Part shown: one piece after another, positions 26,880 to 39,912 of the stretch
Numbering within the stretch: the stretch's first letter is position 1
Layout of the letters: each line of letters begins with the position of its first letter
The notes under the pieces: generated by a model
Database searches by the model: none
Told to the model about the DNA's origin: nothing
What the model saw: only the letters and a program-made list of their open reading frames with translations
Translations under genes and position numbers: made by a program
From: Elephas maximus
Taxonomy: Eukaryota
DNA length: 64,000 nt
Assembly: GCF_024166365.1 (NCBI RefSeq)
Contig: NC_064841.1
Span: 46,631,680 to 46,695,679 of the forward strand
Direction of reading: 5' to 3'

Positions 26880-28560
26880 CACTTTTTTTCTTTCTTTATT
26901 TTAAATTGAGCATAAATTTATGTAACATTCAGATTTAGTGCATTTGCAACATACTGCAACTGCCACCTCTCTCTAGCTTCAAAACTTTATCATTATCCTG
27001 GAAAACACCCTATATCCATTAAGTGATCACCCCATATCCATTCAGTAATCCCTTAATATCCATTAAGCAATCATCTATAAGTAATCTCCCCCCATCTCCT
27101 GGCAACAGAAAATCTGATTTCAGTCTCTGTGGATTTACCAATTCTGGATATTTCATGTACACCTTCTCCTCACTTATAGACTATGTTGTTATCTGAAATT
27201 TCACATTTACTTTGATAGTAAAAAATCTATTTTGTGCATTAACGGCACATGTTTGGCAGTAAAACATTGAGGTGGGAGGAAGTGTAACACTGGCTTTGAT
27301 GGTTAAGGTTATGTGTCAGGTTGGCTGGGCCATGATTCTCAGTGGTTTCGCAGTTACGTAATGTTGTCATTTGGCAGTTATGTAATGTGTAATTTGGCAA
27401 TTATGAAATGATGTCATCCTCCATTTTGTGATCTGATATGGTCATCCCCATTTTCACATAACAACATGGCGTTTGGAACTTAACCATGTTGATAAGTTAG
27501 GAGAGGGAGTAACAGGAGTTATGTAATATGTAACCTTTTGTATCTGGCTCTTTTTACTTAGACTAATATCCTCAAGATTTATTCAAGTTGTAGGAGGTAT
27601 TGGTACTTCATTCCTTTTTTTGGCTGAATAATATTTCATTTTTGTATATGCTGGAGCCCTGGTGGCGTGGTCATTAATGAAAAGGTTGGCAGTTTGAATC
27701 CACCAGCTGCTCCTTGGGAATTCTGTGGGGCAGTTCTACTCTGTCTGTAGGTTTGCTATGAGTTGGAATCTACAGCAATGGGTTTTGATTTTTTTACAGG
27801 TATGTATATGCCACAATTTGTTTATCCATTCATATGTTGATGGACATTTGGGTTATTTCTCCCTTTTTGGTTATTGTGTTTAAGTTTTTGAACAACCGCC
27901 AAAGGGTTATCCACAGTGATTATACTGGTTTACATTTCCACCAGCCGTGGATGAGGAATCCAGTTTTTCCACATCCTTGCAAACCTGTTCTTTTCATTTT
28001 TTTTTTATCGTAGCCTTCTTAGTGGAGATGAAATGGTTTTGATTTGCTTTCCCTTTATGTTTAGTAGAATTCAACAATGAAGCCATCTGACCCTGTGTAT
28101 TTCTTTTTTTGGTAGTATTTTGATTACTGATTCAATCTCTTGACTTGTTATATGTTGAAATTTTGTATTTCTTCTTGAGTCAGTCTACTAGTTTGTGAAT
28201 CTAGGGGTTTGTCCATTTCATCTAGGTTATCTAATTTTTTGGCATACAGTTCATAGTATTCTCTTATAATCCTTTTAAACCTGTAATTATGGTAGTAATG
28301 GCCCCACTTTCTTTTCTGATTTTAGTAATTTGAGTCTTGTCTCTTTGTTTAGCTAAAGGTTTGTCTATATTGTTGATCTTTTCATAGAACCAGCTTTTGG
28401 TTTTGTTGATTTTCTCTTATTTTTATGTTCTATATTTTGTTTTTTTTCCTGCTCTAGTCTTTATTTTTTCCTTTTCTTTGCTGGTTTTGGGTTTGGTTTG
28501 CTCTTATGGTTCCTGTTCCTTAAGGTGCAAAGTTAGGTCATTGATTTGAGATATTTCTTC
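26880..28560 (-). mobile_element. Older LINE-1 3' portion (antisense), interrupted by a SINE at 27652-27800
   Basis: Antisense L1 3'-end blocks (…tcactcagYataat…cattcatRtgttgatggacatttgggtt…ttgatttgctttccc…) in the same order as at 16289-16700. Confidence 0.65.
27652..27800 (+). mobile_element. AfroSINE-like SINE inserted into the older L1, flanked by the 9-bp TSD tgtatatgc
   Basis: ggagccctggtggcgtggtcattaatgaaaaggttggcagtttgaatccaccagctgctcc…; tgtatatgc at 27643-27651 and again at 27803-27811. Confidence 0.8.
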
Positions 28561-28599
28561 TTTTATAATGTAGGCATTCACAGCTAAAAATTTCTCTTG

Positions 28600-29347
28600 A
28601 ATAAACTGAACGCTTTGAAGGCCAGAGTAGCAGGGGCAGGGTTTGGGGACCATGGTTTCAGGGGACATCTAGGGTCAATTGGCATAATAAAAACTATTAA
28701 AACATTCTGCATCCCATTTTGGAGAGTGGTGTTTGGGGTCTGAAATGCTAGCAAGCGGCCACGTAAGATGCATCAACTGGTCTCAACCCACCTGGAGCAA
28801 AGGAGAATGAAGAACACCAAAGACACAAGGAAAGTATGAGCCCAAAGTCAGAATGGGCCACGTAAACCAAGACTACATCAGTTTGAGACCAGAAGAACTA
28901 GTTGTTACCCCGCTACAACTGATGACTGCCATGACAGGGAGCACAACAGAGAATCTCTGAAGGAGCAGGAGAGCAGTGGGATGCAGACCCCAAATTCTCA
29001 TAAAAAGACCAGACTTAATGGTCTGACTGAGACCAGAGGGGCCCTGGCGGTCATGGTCCCCAGACCTTCTGTTAGCCCAAGACAGGAACCATTCTCGAAG
29101 CCAATTCTTCCAACAGGGATTGGACTGGACTACAAGACAGAAAATGATGCTCCTGTCTGGAGGGGAGATGTGAGGGCTGAGGGGGACAGAATCTGGCTGA
29201 ATGGACACAGAAACACAGGGTGGAGAGAAGCAGTGTGCTATCTCATTAGGGGAAGAGCAACTGGGAGTATATGGCAACGTGTATATGAGGTTTTGTAGGA
29301 GAGACTGACTTTGATTTGTAAACTTTCACTTAAAGCACAATAAAAAT
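28600..29347 (+). mobile_element. L1 3'UTR (sense), ends in poly(A) at ~29340-29347
   Basis: Reverse-complement match to 19560-20250; tail …gtaaactttcacttaaagcacaataaaaattaaaaaaaa. Confidence 0.7.
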
Positions 29348-32151
29348 TAAAAAAAATGAACTGTACAAAATGAAAACAAAACTTAAAGATTTGGAAAACT
29401 CTTTTGTATGAATTAAGGACAAATATCCTAAAATTTTCATCAAGGACATGGCTGCACAATCCTTTGTTAAAGAGATTAAGTCTGTGATTGATGGAGCTAA
29501 CTACCATTGCAGAATACCCATCAGCTTAGACTAAAGGGGACAGAGAAAGAACAAAAGGAGAGGATGCTATCTGCCTCTTGGAATTCTATAGGCAGGTAAC
29601 AGGCCAAAGGAGCAACATCTGCTGTCCTCCAAGAAAAGAAAAGGACCATCCCTGGAGCAGCTCAAAGATCAGCAGAATTGTTGGAAACAGCACAGGAGGC
29701 AGAGGGTCCTTGGTCTCAAAGAGTGGGGCCACAGCATCTGGGGTATCAAAAGGTAGAGTCATAGCCTCCTGGATTGCAGAGAGTCAGAACTTCAGCTTGG
29801 TTCTGGAGTGTGGGGCTGCCATTCAGTTTGGCCAACAGGACAGGGCTGCTGTCCAAAGCTGAGGAGGTGGAGCAGCCATGCCCAAGGGGCAGAAGAAAAA
29901 GGGGCCTGCTGGGGCAGAGGAGTTGGGGTCACCACTCAGATGGACTAGACTGGGTCTGCCCCAGTGGGCCTGGAAGGTCGAGCTGAAGCTCAGGGTTGAG
30001 GGGCCTCCACCCAGAATACAGAGAGCATGGCCAACACACAGAGTCTGAAGGGCAAGGCCATTGCCTAGGTGGTCTTAGAGGACAGATGATTATTTTCAAG
30101 CCTTGAGAGGTAAATTGTTCTGCTGTGTTTTAGAATTGTTTGGTTCCTGTCCCTCCAACCATCCTTCCAATTTCTTCCATTTGTAATGGGAATTTATACT
30201 TTGTGCCTGTTCCACCTTTGTATTTTGGAAGCAAATAACCTGTATTCTAGATTTCACAGGTTCTCAGATGAAGAGGAATTTTACTCCAGGATGGAATATG
30301 CCTAATGTCTCACTCATATTTAATTTAGATAATTCATAAGATGAGATTTTAGACTTGGAGTTGATTTAATACTTATTGGGATGACCTGGGGTGAATGGAT
30401 TTGGTACGTGGCAAGGACATGAATCCTGGGGGGGCCAAAAAAAATGTTTAAAATCGTAACCTCCATGCCTGTGGTTATAATGCCATTTGGGAATGATTTC
30501 TTTGTTATGTTAATAAGACAGGATTAGTATAGGGTGTGTCTTAAATCAGTCTCTTAAGATATAAAACAGGTTATACAAGTAAGCTAAAGAGGCTCAAAGA
30601 GAGAAGAAACCTCCCTTTAGAGCTGGCACCCTGTATTTGGACTTGGCCTCCTAAACTGTTAGAAAATAAATTTCTGTTTGTTAAAGGCACTCATTTGTGG
30701 TGTTTCTGTTATAAGCAGCACTAGATAACTAAGACACTGCCCTGATGCCTCAGTGTTTATCACCAACCAGAAAGCTCACTGGAACTTCAGTGTCCAGAAT
30801 TTTTATTAGGGTTCATTACGTAGGAACGATTAACTCATTGCCCATGTGCTTAAATGCAGTCTCCAGCTGCCCTCCCCAGAAATTGGGCAGATATCTCCAA
30901 GTGGGTCTTCTGAGTCCCACATCCTGAGCCACTTCATTAGCATAACAAAGACATTCCAACCACTCAGGAAATTCCAAAGATTTGAAGGTTACCTTCCAGG
31001 ATTTGAGGACAAAGACCAAATTCTTTGGGTCTTAAAGTAATTCTTCATCCTATAATCCTTAAGACAGTTAGTTTGAAGTCTTTGTCTAATAAGTTCAGTC
31101 TGAGTTTTCTTAAGGATGGTTTCTCAGTTTCTTTTTTTCTGTGAGTGGGCTGTACTTTTCTGTTTCTTTGTGTTTAATTTTTTGTTAAAAACTGAACATT
31201 TTGTATATTGTAATGTGGTAACTCTGAACATCAGATTCTCCCCCTCCCAGGGATTGGTGTTGCTACTTGTTGAGGGCAACAGTGGTTCGTTTATCTTTAG
31301 TGACTTACAAACTTTTTTTTTTTTAGAGATTATATTCCTTGCCATGTGTAGTCGCTGAAGTCTGTGTTGCATTATCTCTGCAGTCAGCCAGGCACCTGAC
31401 AGATTTCCTTTAATGCTTAGATCTAAGGGGGTGGGGGGGAAGGTGTTCTGTCTCTTTAAATTCTTTTGATAGCTGCCAGACAGGAACTGCTTCAGATTGA
31501 GGGGTTTGATATAATGTCCAGTCTCTGTTCTTATCTCAGTGAACCTCCAGCCAGATAAAAACACGTAACTCTTAAACTCCTAAAGGTTGACTATTTGGAG
31601 TTTATTGTATTAACTTTACCCTTCCCTGATTCTCCAGTTTTATATGATTGTCTTGGGGTCTTACCTGTGTGCTGGGCCACGACTACTTTGCAATAAACTA
31701 AATGAGTTTATGCACAACAGAAAAAATAAACCACAGCCCTTGAGTTTTGGGGGGCAGGGTCCTTATTGCCCACCCCGACACCAGCAAGCCAGACCAGGAA
31801 CATGGGCTACCATCCCCACAACTGCCTGCCATGGGGCTAGGGGCTGGGGGATGGTATCTATTATGGAAAATGTTGAAACTCACTGAAACTTCCTAGCCTC
31901 TTTCGTCAAGTACTTCCTTGGACACTGCAGGTGTTCAACTAGACTCCAGAATTCTGTAATAGTTGATTCTGGCAGTACCAGCCAGCTTAGTCGTTTTTTT
32001 TGGTGGAGGAACCAATTCCAGTAGCTTACTACTCTGCCATCTGCCATGACGTTACTCTCATATTTTCTAAAATCTGAAGAATTAATGAATTCTGAAACAT
32101 ACTTCCGGCCCCAGAAATTTCAGATAAGGGCTTGTAGAGTGGTATCGTTGT

Positions 32152-35045
32152 TGTTAGGTGTCGTTGAGTCGGTTCTGACTCATAGCAACCCCATGCACAA
32201 CAGAATGAAACACTGCCCGGTCCTGAGCCATCCTTAAAATTGTTGTTATGCTTGAGCCCGTTCTTCCTCTTCTCCGCTGACCCTGTACTTTGCCAAGCAT
32301 AATGTCCTTCTCCAGGGACTGATCCCTCCTAACAACTTGTCCAAAGTATGTAAGACAGTCTCGCCATCCTTCTAAGGAGCATTCTGGTTGTACTTCTTCT
32401 TCCAAGACAGATTTATTCATTCTTCTGGCAGTCCATGGTATATTCAGTATTCTTCGCCAACACCACAATTCGAAGGCATAAATTAATTTTTGGTCTTCCT
32501 TATTCGTTCTCCAGCTTTCACATGCATATGATGCGATTGAAAATACCATGGCTTGGGTCAGGCGCACCTTAGTCTTCAAGGTGACATCCTTGCTCTTGAA
32601 CACTTTAAAGAGGTCCTTTGCAGCAGATTTACCGTTCTTCTTCATATAGTCCAGCTTCTCGGATTATTTGTTCAGCATACAGATTGAATAGGTATGGTGA
32701 AAGAATACAACCCTGGCGCTCACCTTTCCGAACTTTAAACCAGTCAGTATCCCCTTGTTCTGTCTGAATAACTGCCTCTTGATCTATGTAAAGGTTCCTC
32801 ATGAGCACAATTAAGTGTTCTGGAATTCTCATTCTTTGCAATGTTATCCATAATTTGTTATGATCCGCACAGTTGAATGCCTTTGCATAGTCAGTAAAAC
32901 ACAGGTAAACATCCTTCTAGTATTCTCTGCTTTCAGCCAGGATCCATCTGACATCAGCAATGATATCCCTGGTTCCACATCCTCTTCTGAAACTGGCCTG
33001 AATTTCTGGCAGTTCCCTGTCGATATACTGCTGCAGCCGTTTTTGAATGATCTTCAGCAAAATTTTGCTTGCGTGTGATATTAATGATACCCTATAATTT
33101 CCACATTCGGTTGGATCCCCTTTCTTGGGAATAGGCATAAATATGGATCTCTTCCAGTCAGTTGGCCAGGAAGCCATCTTCCATATTTCATGGCATGGAC
33201 GAGTGAGCACCTCCAGTGCTGCATCTGTTTGTTGAAACATCTCAATTGATATTCCATCAATTCCTGGAGCCTTGCTTTTCACCAATGCCTTCAGAGCAGC
33301 TTGGACTTCTTCCTTCAGTACCATCGGTTCCTGATCATGTGCTACCTTTTGAAATGGTTGAACATCGACTAATTCTTTTTGGTATAATGACTTTGGGTAT
33401 TCCTTCCATCTTCTTTTGATGCTTCCTGCATCATTTAATATTTTCCCCATAGAATCCTTCACTATTGCAACTCGAGGCTTGAATTTCTTCTTCAGTTCTT
33501 TCAGCTTGAGAAACACCGAGTGTGTTCTTCCCTTTTGGTTTTCCATTTCCAGCTCTTTGCTCATGTCATTATAATACTTTGTCTTCTCCAGCCGCCCTTT
33601 GAAATCTTCTGTTTAGTTCTTTTACTTCATCAATTCTTCCTTTTGCTTTAGCTGCTCGATGTTCGAGAGCAAGTTTCAGAGTCTCCTCTGACATCCGTCT
33701 TGGTCTTTTCTTTCTTTCCTTTCTCTTCAGTGACCTCTTGCTTTCTTCATGTATGATGTCCTCAATGTCATTCCACAACGGGTCCGGCCTTCGGTCACCA
33801 GTGTTCAATGCATCAAATCTATTCTTGAGATGGTCTCTAAATTCAGGTGAGATATACTCAAGGTCATATTTTGGCTCTCGTGGTCTTGCTCTGATTTTCT
33901 TCAGTTTCAGCTTGAACTTGCATATGAGGAATTGATGGTCTGTTCCACTGTCAGCCCCTGGCCTCTTTCTGACTGGTGATATTGAGCTTTTCCATTGTCT
34001 CTTTCCACAGATGAAGTCAATTTGATTTCTGTGTGTTCCATCTGCCTAGGTCCATGTATATAGTCACCGTGTCTGTTGGTGAAAGAAGATATTTGCAATG
34101 AAGAAGTTGTTGGTCTTGCAAAATTCTATCGTTCGATCTCCAGCATTGTTTCTGTCACCAAGGCCATATTTTCCAACTACTGATCCTTCTTTGTTTCTAA
34201 CTTTCGCATTAAAATCGCCAGTAATTATCAATGCATCTTGATTGCATGTTTGATCAATTTCAGACTGTAGCAACTGATAAAAATCTTCTATTTATCTTTG
34301 GCATTAGTGGTTGGTGTATAAATTTGAGTAATAGTATTAACTGGTCTTCCATAAATTTGAATAATAGTATTAACTGGTCTTCCTTGTAGGCATATGGGTA
34401 TTATCCTATCACTGACAGCATTGTACTTCAGGATAGATCTTGAAATGTTCTTTTTGACGATAAATGCAACACCATTCCTCTTCGAGTTGTCATTCCCAGC
34501 ATAGTAGACTATATGATTGTCCGATTCAGAATGGCCAATACCAGTCCATTTCAGTTCACTAATGCCTAGGATATCGATGTTTATGCGTTCCATTTAATTT
34601 TTTGACGATTTCTAATTTTCCTAGATTCATACTTCATGTGTTCCAGGTTCTGATTATTAATGGATATTGCAGCTGTTTCTTCTCATTTTGAGTTGTGCCA
34701 CATCAGCAAATGAAGGTCCCGAAAGCTTTACTCCATCCACGTCATTAAGGTCGACTCTACTTTGAGGAGGCAGCTCTTCCCCAGTCATCTTTTGAGTGCC
34801 TTCCAACATGGGGGGCTCATCTTCCAACACTATATCAGACACTGTTCTGCTGCTATTCATAAGGTTTTCACTGGCTAATACTTTTCAGAAGGAGACTGCT
34901 GGGTCTTTTTTCCTAGTCTGTCTGAGTCTGGAAGCTCAGCTGTAACCTGTCGTCCATGGGTGACCCTCCTGGTATCTGAATACCAGTGGCATAGCTTCCA
35001 GCATCACAGCAACATGCAAGCCCCCACAGTACAACAAACTGAGAG
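32152..35045 (-). mobile_element. RTE/BovB-type LINE, near full length (antisense): EN-like N-terminus, RT, C-terminus and (TTG)n-flanked tail
   Basis: Minus ORFs 34288..34593, 34064..34273, 32917..33564 (…KAPGIDGISIEMFQQ…SWPTDWKRSIFMPIPKKGDPTECGNYR…) and 32154..32645 (…AFELWCWRRILNIPWTARRMNKSVLEEVQPECSLEG…GVAMSQNRLNDT). Confidence 0.85.
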
Positions 35046-35565
35046 ATACTTTAAAAGGAAGTTCAGTTACTTTTTTAAAAATCAAATCCCAAACAGCAGT
35101 TATTTTGTTACTTTTTTAAATAGAAAATCTTTGCTTTTCTGCTGATAATTTGGAAATATATGCTTATTAGAAACCAAAGTGGTATAAAAAAGTGAGACCT
35201 TATTCCAAACCCCTTCTCCGCCCAAGATAACTTTTTAAATGTCCTCCTCACTATTTTAAAATGTGTACTTTTTCTCTCTAAAGAACATTTAAATCATAAA
35301 ATAATAGCTAATATTTATTGAACATTCGTAATTATGCTAGGCTTTATGCAAAACTCAATCTTTGAGTTCAGTGATTGTTTATTCTTCCTATCTTAACATG
35401 AAACTGAGATACTGGAAGTTGTCCAAATTCCCCCATCTAGTAAGTGATAGCCACAATTCCAACTCAGGCATTCTACTCTCAAGCTCTGGGTATTATTATA
35501 TATGTCTTCTTCTTGAATCTACTTTTTCACTTTACTGTGTAATGGACACCTTTATTAAAAACCAT

Positions 35566-35750
35566 TTGTTCTCAAGTTGGTCCTGACTCATGGTGACCCC
35601 GTGTGTGTTCAAGTGCAACTGTGCTCCATAGGGTTCTCAAGGGCTGGTTTTTCAGAAGTAGATTGCTAGGATTCTCTTCCAAGTTGCCTCTTGGGTGGAC
35701 TCCAAGTTCCAAGCTTTTGGTTAGCATTACACCACCAAGGACTCCTCATT
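35566..35750 (-). mobile_element. tRNA-derived SINE of a second subtype, antisense
   Basis: Reverse complement of ggagtccttggtggtgtaatgctaaccaaaagcttggaa…ccctatggagcacag…ggggtcaccatgagtcaggac. Confidence 0.6.
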
Positions 35751-36424
35751 AGTACCCTCTAATCTTTTATAACCTTTAAATGACTCCATTGTATGGGTGC
35801 TCCTGTAACTTACTCCATCTTCTGATGGAAATTTAACTTGTTTAGAATTTTTCACTATTATAAATTTTATAAATATTTTATAAATATAAATTATTCTGCA
35901 GTAAATATCATATATATGCTACTACTTTTTTTTTTTTGGCTATTAGGATAAATTTCTTAGGAAGAGTTTCCGTTGCATAGCTTAGCCATTGGTGCGTGAG
36001 ACTTATTCTTGTCCCTTTTCACTATCACCAAAGTTGAGTCTTTAAAATCTTGCCAACCTGATAATGATAGCATTTTTTAGCTTGATAAAATTTGCATTTA
36101 CTTACTTTTCAGTAATAAAGCTCAGCACTCTTTTTATATTTAGTGGTCATTTGTATTTATTTTTATAAATTTCTTTGTGACCTTTAATCATATTTCTAGT
36201 GGGAAGTTTGTTTTATTGATTGTAGGAGTTTTGAAGGATATTAAACCTTTGTCAAATGTGCTATAAGCATTCTTCCCCAGTTTTTGCCTTTGAATATATG
36301 ATCTTGTGTTATAGAAATTTTGAAATTTAGTCAAGTATGAATATCTTTTTTCTTTTCTACCTATACTCCTGTAAAGAGGGCTCATCCAATCTCATGGCTT
36401 TAAATATCATCTGTGGGCTGATAA

Positions 36425-36590
36425 GGAAACCCTGGTGGCATAGTGGTTAAGTGCTATAGCTGCTAGCCAAAGGGTCGGCAGTTTGAATCTGCCAGGTGCC
36501 CCTTGGAAACTATGGGGCAGTTCTACTCTGTCCTCTAGGGTCGCTATGAGTCGAAATCGACTCGACGGCACTGGATTTGGTTTTTGTTTA
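36425..36590 (+). mobile_element. AfroSINE-like SINE with the 11-bp TSD tgggctgataa
   Basis: ggaaaccctggtggcatagtggttaagtgctatagctgctagccaaagggtcggcagtttgaatc…; TSD at 36414-36424 and 36591-36601. Confidence 0.85.
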
Positions 36591-37097
36591 TGGGCTGATA
36601 AAGCTCCAATTTCAGTCTCTAGCCCACATCTCATATCCTACTCCCTACTCAATCACTCTACTTGGATATTGGTAGGTATTTCAAATTTATCACTTAGAAA
36701 AAAATTTATTCCTCGTATTTCCTCCCAAACCTATTCTCATTGTCTTCCCCATATTAGCAAATAAGTCTCTTCTTCTGTTTGTCGAGGCCAAAAATCTTGG
36801 AGTCATCCTTGAACCTTCTCTTTCTCTCACACTCTGCATAAAATTCATTAGGAAATACTATCAGCTCTACTTTCAAAAGAGATCTAGAATATGACCACTT
36901 TTCACCACACCCACAGCTACCACTCTAGACCCAGTCATCATGTTTTACCTGGTTAATGAAATCACTTTCTTACTGGTCTCTCTCCTTCCTCCTGTGTCTC
37001 CCTACGCTCTTAACACAGCACCCAGAGTGAACCTAGGTTATGACAGTCCTGATCAAAATTTTTCTAAGCTTCCTGTCTCAGCAAATACCAAGTTCTT

Positions 37098-37252
37098 ACC
37101 AAACCCACTGCCGTTGAGTGAATTCCAACTGATGACAACCCTATAGGGCAGAGTAGAATTGCCGCATATGGTTTCCAAAGAGTGGCAGGTGGATTTGAAC
37201 TGCCGACCTTGGGGTTAGCAGTGGAGCTCTTAACCACTGCATCACCAGGGCA
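37098..37252 (-). mobile_element. AfroSINE-like SINE, antisense
   Basis: Reverse complement of ggtgccctggtgatgcagtggttaagagctccactgctaaccccaaggtcggcagttcaaatccacctgcc…. Confidence 0.75.
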
Positions 37253-37909
37253 CCAAGTCTTCAGAGTGGTCTGTAAGACCCTAATTAATCTGGCCCTCTG
37301 TTATTTTTTTTTGGCATCTTGTTTTACTCTTCTTTCCCTTGTCCCCTTTGTTTTAGCCGCATTGGCCTCTTGACTGTTGTTTGAACACATGAAGCACATT
37401 CCCCTCTCAGGGGTTTTGTACTTGGCGTTCCCTCTGTCTGAACTGCTCTTTGTTCAGATGTGGCTTATTCTCTCACTTACTCCAGGTCTTACTTCACATG
37501 TTATTATCTCAGCAAGGTAACCCCATCCAAAATGTCACTCTCTCGTCCTGATATTTTCTAACCTACTTCCTTGCTTTATTTTTCTCCTTAACACTTGTAA
37601 TATGCTGTGTTTTAATGTATTTACCTTGTTTATTGTCTTTCTCATTAAGTGTGAAAAGGTTCATGGGGACAGAGGGAGTTTTATTCACTATGATTTTTCC
37701 GTTACCTAGTATAGTGCTTGATTCATAGTAGGTGCTCAGTGAATTTGAATGTGTGAATTGGCTGGTATTTCAGTCATATGTAGTGTAGATTCACCAACAG
37801 TAGCAGCTTTTCTTTGTTAGGCTGTCACCTGTTTTCCATTTTGGTACTGCTTGTGGATTATTGTATTGAAATGGTCCTCCTAGACGATAACATGGTTGGG
37901 TCATTTTAG

Positions 37910-38075
37910 GAGAGGAATTTCTGACTTTGAACAACAGAAAGCAAAAGAATTGGCTCGAATAGAAGAGTTTAAAAAGGAGGAAATGAGGAAGCTACAAAAA
38001 GAACGCAAAGTTTTTGAAAAGTACACTACAGCTGCGAGATGTTTTCCAGATAAGAAGGAACGTGAAGAAATACAG
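37910..38075 (+). CDS. CENPJ: CENPJ coding exon 8, phase 2 in, phase 0 out
   Basis: Acceptor tcattttag|g. Encodes (R)[55 protein letters not shown]. Donor cag|GTACGC. Confidence 0.9.
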
Positions 38076-39366
38076 GTACGCCAATTCTTTATATTTTACT
38101 GATGTAAGTTGCTAAAAGTGACAATCTTGTAAGAATCTCATTAGAATGATTTGATGTGTCAGAGAAATTGAATGCCAACCCATTAATCATTCACTCATTC
38201 AACAAATAATATGCCCAAGACATTGCATCAGGAACTGCATCTTTCGTAGTCTCATTTTTAAAGAGTAAAAAACATATCAATTATTTTCTTACTAAAGGCT
38301 TCCAGTAAAAAAAAAAAAAAGGACCGTGATAATGTCGTGGTTGAATTAACAAGGTAGGACTTGAACATTCACCAGTGTAATGTTGTGTTGATCTTTTTGA
38401 CCCAGTGCACACCAAATATTTTTAATTCTGTTCATTTATAATACCTTAAGGCACATACACAAACTAGGTGTTTAATTTTAAAACTTACAACAATAGGCCA
38501 AATTGTGATTCCTATTTATTTCAAAGTTAGAAATGGACATCCCCAACCCCAAAACATAGTTCATGGAATATGATAGTTAAAAAAAGAACTAATGCATTTC
38601 TAGTTAAAAGTATAAAGCTTCTACAAAAAAGATAAATATATTTGACACTGGCATATGCAAAGATTTCTAAGAGAAGACATAAGGAACTGTGAAAGAAAAA
38701 AACATGTATATTGGATGTCATGAAAATGAAAACTTACAGCTTATCAAAACAGAAATTTTATTCATTGCTTATAGCATAAAATACAAACTCATCTTCCACT
38801 TTCCATATTTTAAATATTAGTATTTTCGAGTTTCATCCTTTGTCTTCTTTCTCATATAGTACGCCATCCTTGAACAATCTCATCTGCACACCTATGGCTT
38901 AAGTTATCGCGTACTACTGTGTTGATTAAAGGCCTTTAATTCTACTTATTTTTGTCAAAAAAAAGTGCCATTATATTTTGGTTAGTGAATTTATTAAATC
39001 TAATATATCACACATTTTATTTCAAAAGGTAATATACTCCCATTCAAAATGTACAAAAAGATGTATGGTTAAACCTCTCCACCTAATTTACCCCTCTGGA
39101 GGCATCCAGTGTTACCAGTTTCTTGTGTGTTTTAGAGAAATTCTATGTGTTTAAGCAAGTACATATTTGTAGCTTTTTTAATGTTAGCATTCTGGAATTC
39201 TATATCTTAAAGAGTGTACTTTATTTTATAGTTGCATAGAATTGCGTTATATGAATGTGCTATAATTAAGCATTTATGTACTTTCTATTCTGTTTTTAAG
39301 AATGACATCACCTCTTAGAATCATTCTCCTTTTTCATTTAGCACATGTTTATTGAATACTATGTGC

Positions 39367-39570
39367 CAGGGTTTCTGGGTGGTGCAGATGGTTATACTTG
39401 ACCTAAAGGTTGGAGGTTTGAACCTACCCAGCGATGCCATGGAAGAAAAGCCTGGTAATCTGCTTCTGTAAAGATTACAGCCAAGAGAACCCTATAGGGG
39501 AGTTCTACTCTATAACACATGGGGTTGCCATGAGTCAGAATCAGCTTGATGGCAGTGGGTTTGGTTTTTT
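39367..39570 (+). mobile_element. tRNA-derived SINE (second subtype) with ~10-bp TSD tactatgtgc / tactgtgtgc
   Basis: cagggtttctgggtggtgcagatggttatacttgacctaaaggttggaggtttgaacc…catggggttgccatgagtcagaatcagcttgatggcagtggg. Confidence 0.75.
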
Positions 39571-39751
39571 GTACTGTGTGCTGGACACAGCCTGTGAACT
39601 GAAAATACAGTAGTGAACAAAACAAATAAATCTTTGCCTTCATATAGCTTACATATTCAAGTATATCTGTAAGATATATGTCCACAAGTATAATTTCTGG
39701 GTTAAAAGGTGTGTATGTTGATAGATATTGCCAGGTTATCCTTCTGTATCA

Positions 39752-39912
39752 TATTGTTGTTAAGTGCCATTGAGTCAATTTCGACTAGCAGTGACCTCAT
39801 GTGACAGAGCAGAACTGCCTCATAGGGTTTTCTAGGCTGTAATCTTTATGGGAACAGGTTGCCAAGTCTTCTTCCTGCAGAGCTGCTGAGTAGGTTTGAA
39901 CCAAAATTATTA
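39752..39912 (-). mobile_element. Partial tRNA-derived SINE, antisense
   Basis: …gttaagtgccattgagtcaatttcgactagcagtgacctcatgtgacagagcagaactgcctcatagggttttc…. Confidence 0.55.

Noticed and set aside
27300-27420. Short tandem-like repeats of ttacgtaatgttgtcatttggcagttatgtaatgtgtaatttggcaattatgaaatg
   Set aside because: Imperfect local duplication of a ~20-bp unit with three or four copies. There is no sign of function, and it lies inside an old L1 region.
29575-31350. Possible old DNA-transposon/LTR-like repeats, e.g. …tttctgtttgttaaaggcactcatttgtggtgtttctgttataagcagc… at ~30670
   Set aside because: The resemblance to known terminal motifs is only impressionistic and I cannot place boundaries or a family from sequence alone. 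It needs RepeatMasker.
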